64,000 bases of DNA from Longimicrobiales bacterium. Lineage in GTDB: Bacteria > Gemmatimonadota > Gemmatimonadetes > Longimicrobiales > Gaopeijiaceae. Below are positions 58,750-64,000 of this stretch, piece after piece. The position numbers and the translations under genes are program-made. The first letter of the stretch is position 1. Every line of letters starts with the position of its first letter. The notes beneath the pieces are model-generated. The model did no database searches, was not told the DNA's origin, and saw nothing but the letters and a program-made list of their open reading frames with translations. The stretch lies in NCBI GenBank assembly GCA_965206305.1, contig CBDBJI010000004.1:1955712-2019711 (forward strand). Direction: 5' to 3'.

Positions 58750-59822
58750 GTCTTCTCGGCGCCGTACTTGCCGGGGGCGGCAGCCGCCGCTTCCGTTCGC
58801 CCAAAACGCTCGCCCGGCTCCATGGCACGCCCCTCTGGCAGGTCGTGGCCGACCGGCTGCGGGAGGTGTGCGACGAGGTGGTCGCGGTCGTCAACCACCC
58901 CCAGGTCGCGCACGAAATGGAGCTGGAGACGCTCCCCGACCGCCGCCCGCTGATCGGCCCGCTGGGGGGGATCGACGCCGCTCTGGCCCGTGCCGTGCGC
59001 GGTGGCCATGACGCGGTGCTGGTGCTTGCGGTGGACATGCCCTGGGTGGGAACCGAGGCGCTTCGCCTGCTGGTGGATGTGTGGCGGCAGCACGGCCGGA
59101 CGACGCTTCCGCGGGCGGGGGGGCCGTGGGGATTCCACCCCCTCTGCGGGATCTATCCGCTCGGGGCGCTCACACCGCTCAACGGCGCGCTCGCCGAGAG
59201 GAAGCTGGAATCCGGAGCCTTCGCCCGCTCCCTTGATCCCGTTGTCGTGGACACCGGCCTCTCGCCGTGGGACTTCCGCAGCGTGAATCAAACCGTGGAC
59301 CTGCCGCCTCCGGCGTTCTCCATCGTGGGGAACAAGAAGTCGGGGAAGACGACGCTGTCCGTCGCCGTGATCGGGGAGCTCGCAGCGCGCGGCCGCCGCG
59401 TAATGTCGGTGAAGCACGGCCATCACTTCCGGCTGGACACCCCCGGGACCGACTCCTGGCGCCACCGGCACGAAGGCGGCGCCGAACGCGTGCTCCTCGC
59501 GGGGCCCGACGAGTTCGCGCTTCTGGCGGGCTGGGGCCCGGAGGGAGAGCCGCCCCTGGACCTGCTTCTGAGCCGTCACCTGGCGGACGCCGAGATCGTC
59601 GTGGTGGAGGGGTTCCGCCAGACCCGCCTTCCCAAGATCGAGATCTACCGCGCCGCCGCGCAGGCCGAACCGGTGTTCCCGCCTGACGAAGCGTGTGACC
59701 GGCGCGTCCTGGCCGTAGCGACGGACCGCCCCGATCTGCCATGGTCCGTCCCCGTCCTGGATGCGGATGCGCCGGATACCGCCGCCCGCATCGCCGACCT
59801 GGTCGAGGGACACCTGTTGTGA
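58746..59822 (+). CDS. mobA: Molybdenum cofactor guanylyltransferase MobA fused to MobB
   Basis: MSLLGAVLAGGGSRRF... (MobA) then ...FSIVGNKKSGKTTL... P-loop (MobB). ATGA overlap with fdhD. Confidence 0.85.
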   Translation: MSLLGAVLAGGGSRRFRSPKTLARLHGTPLWQVVADRLREVCDEVVAVVNHPQVAHEMELETLPDRRPLIGPLGGIDAALARAVRGGHDAVLVLAVDMPWVGTEALRLLVDVWRQHGRTTLPRAGGPWGFHPLCGIYPLGALTPLNGALAERKLESGAFARSLDPVVVDTGLSPWDFRSVNQTVDLPPPAFSIVGNKKSGKTTLSVAVIGELAARGRRVMSVKHGHHFRLDTPGTDSWRHRHEGGAERVLLAGPDEFALLAGWGPEGEPPLDLLLSRHLADAEIVVVEGFRQTRLPKIEIYRAAAQAEPVFPPDEACDRRVLAVATDRPDLPWSVPVLDADAPDTAARIADLVEGHLL

Positions 59823-59948
59823 CGAGCCCCGCGCGGCTCGGACGGCTCCGGGGAGACCACTTCGGCCTACAATCTCGTCTACGAGACCGGTTTCGCCTCC
59901 TGGGTCGGGCCCCTCAACTCGCGCCGAATATTTATAAGGGTGTGAATC

Positions 59949-60518
59949 CTACCGCCGCATGACCGGGATCTCGACCCGATAGCCCTCCCAGCGGAGGACC
60001 AGGGTAGCCGAGCTGGCCGACGCGTTCTCGAACGACATCGTGAGCCGCTCCGTGTGCTCGTTGCCGAAGGAGGGAGCCGACCCCGACCCCACGTTCTCGG
60101 CGGCAACGTCGTCGTTCATGGGGATCCCCCAGCGCTCCACCGTCCCGTTGACGAAGATCTCCCACGAGTCCTCGCCGGGCACCGTGTAGAGCGAATAGGA
60201 TCCGGCCGCCACCTCCACCCCGGCGATCGTCGCCGCGAAGGGCAGATGAATCGAGGTCGCTTCGTTGGCACCGGTCCGCCAGGGCGCCCCAAAGGGATGT
60301 TCGCCGCCGCCCCCGACCATCGTCCTTTCCCTGGCCGAAGGCGCGCCGTAGCACACCTTCACCATGTCGCCGCCCATGTCGACGACCGCGGAGTCCAGCG
60401 GGCTGGGCCGCTCGGCCGGGTTGCCACTCCTGACCCAGCAGTTCTGCGCGTCCAGCGCCGCGGGGCTCATCACCATCATCGAAGCCAGCGCGGCCGCGCT
60501 CAGGATCCATTTCCTCAT
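59949..60518 (-). CDS. DUF2911 domain-containing secreted protein
   Basis: Signal peptide; ...[48 protein letters not shown].... Confidence 0.7.
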   Translation of the reverse strand: MRKWILSAAALASMMVMSPAALDAQNCWVRSGNPAERPSPLDSAVVDMGGDMVKVCYGAPSARERTMVGGGGEHPFGAPWRTGANEATSIHLPFAATIAGVEVAAGSYSLYTVPGEDSWEIFVNGTVERWGIPMNDDVAAENVGSGSAPSFGNEHTERLTMSFENASASSATLVLRWEGYRVEIPVMRR

Positions 60519-60824
60519 GTTGCCTTCCTCACCTTCCGTGTAGGTTGCGCCTGTCGCACCGGCCCGCCCATCGGGTCCGGCGCGGGTTCCGAAGGGAACT
60601 TTATTCTCTTACCATGGTAATGTGTTACCAGGAGGGTCTTCGGTCCAGATTATTGACCTGCGGGCGGTGCGCTTCATAAATTACACAGCTTCCCGCCATT
60701 AGTCTGCGGAATCGACGGCGCGCGGCGACGGCAACCTCACTGGCGGATGCTCTCCCGGCCGCCCAGGTTCCGTGGGGTTGAAAGAGACGAGTCCGCGAAG
60801 TCCTACAACGGAGAAGACAGCAAA

Positions 60825-62591
60825 ATGAGGAGTTGGAATCGCATCGCAATCGCCGGGTTGGGGGTGCTCGCGCTGTTGGGCAGTTTCCTCGTGCCGCAGC
60901 GCTCGAGCGCGCAGGTTGGCGAGGCCCACCGGGTCATGATCCTGAACCTGCAGCCCAGCGAAGACGGAAGCGACCGTTTCGGCCGCGACGTGGCCAGGGA
61001 GCTGCGCAGACTGCTCAGCCAGTTCCCGACTCACAACCCGATCGAAGAGAGCGAGGTGCGCGACATCGCCCGGGAGTACGACGTGGACGAGCGCAGGCTC
61101 GACTGTGTCGGGGGCCAGCAGATGTCCCGCTTCGTCGACGCCCAGGTCATCTTCTGCGGGTTCACCGTCGAGAACAGGGACGACGGGACCTTCACGACGA
61201 CCGGCGTCCGTTTCGCCGCGCCCGGGGGCACCGCCCTCAACGTCGAAGACAGGACCTGGGACAGGCGGGACGCCAGAGGGGCGGCGACCTTCTTCTCCGA
61301 GCAGCTCGACGCCTTCACGGAGCAACAGAACCGGGCGATGTGGTGCGGCCAGTACTACGAGGCCAATGACTACGCCAGCGCGGAGGACAACTGCCGCAAG
61401 GCGCTGGAGCTGGATCCGGGGAACATCCCGGCGCGGTACGTTCTTTCGCACGTGCTGGAAGACACCGAGCGGCTCCAGGAGGCCTACGCCGAGGTGTTGC
61501 ATGTCCTGGAGCTTGACGGTCTCCACGAGGACGCACTCAGCTTCGCGGGCTTCCTGGCCGCCACGCTGGATGACAAGCCCGCGGCCCGGGCGCACTACGA
61601 GGAGTTGTTGCAGCTCAACCCCGGAAACGCGGCGGTTCGCATGCAGGTGGGCTACGATCTCGCCCAGGCGGGCGACGCCGCGGGCGCCAAGGACCTGATC
61701 AAGGCGGGGTTGGATCTGGAGCCGGAAAACGTGGAGCTGCTCGAGCGGTACGCGGCCTACGCGACCGTGGCGGCCCAGGAGGTAATGGCCGCGCTGGGAC
61801 CGGGCGCGCCGCTGAACATGGAAGCCGGGGAGTACTTCTCGGAGGCGCTCGAAGGCTACCGCAGGACCTACGCGATCAAGGGCATGGAGATGGAATGGAG
61901 CCACCTCCGCAACATGCTCGCGACGCTGAACCGGCTCGACCAGCTGGAAGAGGCCATCGAACTCGCGGAGAACGTTCGGCAGACGCACGGCGAGGAGCCG
62001 CAGTTCTGGTCGGACTACGCGAACATCCTCAACAAGACCGGCGACGGCGACCGTGCCCTGGAGGCACTGGAAACATTGGCTTCGCTCGATCCGGAATACG
62101 AGAACATCAAGGCGCGCCGGGGAGCCTGGCTCCTGGAGGCGGGCAGGCACGAGGAAGCGATCCCCTACCTCGAGGAAGCGATCGCGGCCGGGGAGCTGGA
62201 CCCCCAACAGGTGGTCAACATCATCTTCAACAATGGGTACCAGCAGGGCGTCCTGACGGAAGACTGGGACTACGCTCTGCGGATCCTCGGAATGGCCCGG
62301 GCCTTCGGGGACCTGGTTCCGGAGGGGTTGTCGGGCCGGACCGACTTCTTCTACGGCTATTCGCTCTTCAAGCAGGCCGAGGTTCTGGAGAAGCCCGAAA
62401 CGGTGGAGAGCGCCCGGTTGACGCTGCCCAAGTTCCAGGAGGTCCAGCGTGTCCTGAACCAGGCAAACGTGGCGGTCTTCGCCGAGACGCAGGAGACATT
62501 CAAGTCCAACCTGACCGATGTCCTCGGCTCGACCGAGCAGTTCATCGTCCGCCAGGAGCGGGTGATCGAGAGGGGGCGGCGGCGCGGCTAG
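60825..62591 (+). CDS. Secreted TPR-repeat protein
   Basis: MRSWNRIAIAGLGVLALLGSFLVPQRSSAQ signal; multiple TPR-like helices (...YEANDYASAEDNCRKALELDPGN...). Confidence 0.7.
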   Translation: MRSWNRIAIAGLGVLALLGSFLVPQRSSAQVGEAHRVMILNLQPSEDGSDRFGRDVARELRRLLSQFPTHNPIEESEVRDIAREYDVDERRLDCVGGQQMSRFVDAQVIFCGFTVENRDDGTFTTTGVRFAAPGGTALNVEDRTWDRRDARGAATFFSEQLDAFTEQQNRAMWCGQYYEANDYASAEDNCRKALELDPGNIPARYVLSHVLEDTERLQEAYAEVLHVLELDGLHEDALSFAGFLAATLDDKPAARAHYEELLQLNPGNAAVRMQVGYDLAQAGDAAGAKDLIKAGLDLEPENVELLERYAAYATVAAQEVMAALGPGAPLNMEAGEYFSEALEGYRRTYAIKGMEMEWSHLRNMLATLNRLDQLEEAIELAENVRQTHGEEPQFWSDYANILNKTGDGDRALEALETLASLDPEYENIKARRGAWLLEAGRHEEAIPYLEEAIAAGELDPQQVVNIIFNNGYQQGVLTEDWDYALRILGMARAFGDLVPEGLSGRTDFFYGYSLFKQAEVLEKPETVESARLTLPKFQEVQRVLNQANVAVFAETQETFKSNLTDVLGSTEQFIVRQERVIERGRRRG

Positions 62592-62610
62592 ACGCCTGAC
62601 CTCCCCTTCG

Positions 62611-62654
62611 GGGCGCCGCGGGCCGCAGACGAGCCCGCGGCGCCCTTTTTTTTT
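62611..62654 (+). terminator. Rho-independent terminator
   Basis: GGGCGCCGCGGGC-cgcagacga-GCCCGCGGCGCCC followed by T9, 20 nt after the TPR gene stop. Confidence 0.85.
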
Positions 62655-62701
62655 GCCCGGACGGAACTTTGTGGTTGCGGTGGGGGTCCTTGTGTATTAG
62701 A

Positions 62702-62728
62702 GTGGGATACTGTGGGATAAAATGGGAT
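62702..62728 (+). promoter_or_regulatory. Three direct (G/A)TGGGAT repeats at 10-bp spacing (MraZ-box-like)
   Basis: aGTGGGATac tGTGGGATaa aATGGGATgc immediately upstream of mraZ. MraZ is known to bind arrays of GTGGG-type repeats in its own promoter. Confidence 0.55.
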
Positions 62729-62736
62729 GCGAAACC

Positions 62737-63168
62737 ATGTCCGGACTTCTTGGCCGTCACGAATTCCAGATCGACGCGAAGGGGCGAGTCAGCTTGCCCT
62801 CCGCGTTCCGCCGAGCTGTGTCCGCGAATCCGCTGGTTCTGCTGCAGTGGCAGCCCACGCACCTCGACCTCTTCCCCCGTGAGACCTGGACGGAGATCCG
62901 CAGGAATCTGCTGGCCCACCGGAAGGCCCGGAGGGACGGGGGTGCGTACCTGAGACGCATCACGGCCAGCGCCGTCGAGATCGAACCGGACGCGCACGGC
63001 CGCATCCGGATCCCGGGGTGGCTCCTCAAGCAGGCCGGACTCGAAGACACGGTGCTCTTCGTTGGGGCGCTGGACCGGATCGAGCTCTGGGAGCCCCGGC
63101 GCTTCGAGGCGCACCTCGACGAGCGGGAGGGGGACGATGACGGCTTCGCGGCGCAGATCTTCGGATAG
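62737..63168 (+). CDS. mraZ: Division/cell-wall cluster transcriptional regulator MraZ
   Basis: MSGLLGRHEFQIDAKGRVSLPSAFRR...DAHGRIRIPGWL... (two DxxxR/SpoVT-AbrB-like repeats). Confidence 0.9.
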   Translation: MSGLLGRHEFQIDAKGRVSLPSAFRRAVSANPLVLLQWQPTHLDLFPRETWTEIRRNLLAHRKARRDGGAYLRRITASAVEIEPDAHGRIRIPGWLLKQAGLEDTVLFVGALDRIELWEPRRFEAHLDEREGDDDGFAAQIFG

Positions 63169-63180
63169 GGGAGGACCCGT

Positions 63181-64000
63181 GTGCACGCTTCCGACTACCA
63201 TGCCCCCGTGCTCGTGGACGAGGTCATGAGGTACCTGAACGCGGCCGACGGCCTCTACCTGGACGGGACGGCCGGGGGAGGAGGGCACGCGGAGGCGCTG
63301 CTGCAGCGGTGCCCGGGTTGCCGCCTGTTGGCCGTCGATCGTGATCCGGAGGCGCTGGAGACAGCCCGGGAGCGGCTGGCCGGCCACGCGGGCCGGGTGA
63401 CGTTCGCCCGCATGTCGTTTCGGGACGCCCCGGGCCACCCGCGCCTCTGCGGGGAAGGGCTGGCCGGAGCGCTTCTGGACCTCGGCGTGAGCTCGCACCA
63501 GCTGGACCGCCGGCGCCGCGGGTTCACCTTCCGGCGGGGGGCCGCCCTCGACATGCGGATGGACCAGGGGTCGCGGGAAACCGCCGCGGACCTGCTGGCC
63601 GGGGCGTCCAGGGGGGAACTGCACCGGGTGCTTCGGGCCGGGGACGCACCCCGCCCGGGGGCGCTGGCGGCGCGGATCGTACAGCGCCGCGCCACGGGGC
63701 CGCTGCGGACGAGCGACGACCTGGTCGCGGCGCTGGAGTCGGTGCTGGCGCGCCGGGCCGGCCACGCCGAGAAGGCCCGGCTCTTCCAGGCGCTCCGGAT
63801 GCGCGTGAACGACGAGATCGCCGCGCTCGAGGAGGGGCTGCCCGCGATCCGGGACGCGCTGCGCCCCGGGGGCGTCCTGGTCGTGATCTCCTACCACTCG
63901 GTGGAGGACAGGGTCGTGAAGCGGGCGTTCCGCGACTGGAGCGACCCGTCGCGCGGGCTGCCTCGCCGCCTCCCCGTGCGAGCCGCCGAACTGGCTGCCC
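63181..64000 (+). CDS. rsmH: 16S rRNA (cytosine1402-N4)-methyltransferase RsmH (3'-partial at window end)
   Basis: Hand translation: VHASDYHAPVLVDEVMRYLN...YLDGTAGGGGHAEALL...DLGVSSHQLD...RGFTFR...LDMRMD...ISYHSVEDRVVK.... GGGGAGG upstream. Not in the ORF track because no stop lies within the window. Confidence 0.9.
   Translation, partial: MHASDYHAPVLVDEVMRYLNAADGLYLDGTAGGGGHAEALLQRCPGCRLLAVDRDPEALETARERLAGHAGRVTFARMSFRDAPGHPRLCGEGLAGALLDLGVSSHQLDRRRRGFTFRRGAALDMRMDQGSRETAADLLAGASRGELHRVLRAGDAPRPGALAARIVQRRATGPLRTSDDLVAALESVLARRAGHAEKARLFQALRMRVNDEIAALEEGLPAIRDALRPGGVLVVISYHSVEDRVVKRAFRDWSDPSRGLPRRLPVRAAELAA

Overview
Visibly high-GC bacterial chromosome segment (no tools were run; all calls come from reading the ORF track and the DNA). 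The protein repertoire (BNR/sortilin-like protein, many 6-bladed beta-propeller lipoproteins, DUF2911, multiheme cytochromes fused to TPR) suggests a Gemmatimonadota/FCB-like organism, but that is inference only. Left end (1-7.5 kb) is a mobile-element mosaic: an ISL3 transposase relic, an intact IS110-family transposase with a structured 5' non-coding arm, and a small integrative-mobilizable module (MobC-like gene, MobC + MOB relaxase, tyrosine integrase). This module abuts a decayed APC permease pseudogene. The rest is mostly housekeeping or accessory metabolism. It includes a LOG-like protein plus aminotransferase and an overlapping-gene operon (MOP-like membrane protein / Tat-MBL hydrolase / beta-propeller) with a divergent FkbM-GNAT pair. 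There are also vapBC and hicBA toxin-antitoxin pairs, ltaE, feoAB with a DtxR-type regulator and palindromic operator, fprA, sufE, plsC, two solute:sodium symporters and a tetraheme plus octaheme-TPR cytochrome pair. A formate module follows (fhs, NAD-type formate dehydrogenase, fdhD, mobA-mobB), and the window ends at the start of the dcw cluster (mraZ, rsmH). Main hunt results follow. (1) Two in-frame TGA codons align exactly with catalytic Cys/Sec positions and are followed by hairpins at SECIS distance. One is in the formate dehydrogenase alpha subunit, which the ORF track splits in two. The other is in an AhpD/CMD-like gene with motif C-x-x-U-x-x-x-H that the ORF track misses entirely. 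(2) A five-member paralogous beta-propeller family sharing a GEGPGEF motif is scattered through the window. (3) A perfect 21-bp x5 tandem repeat lies in a divergent promoter. (4) A recurring AT-rich motif (GAATGTAAAG-N3-ACATTAC; heptamer ACATTAC/GTAATGT) occurs in several intergenic patches. (5) The IS110 5' arm is a candidate bridge-RNA locus. (6) At least five otherwise intact genes carry single frameshifts, and at least one lies in a homopolymer run, so assembly error must be excluded. I did not identify a clear, complete novel multi-gene system; the candidates above are ranked honestly.
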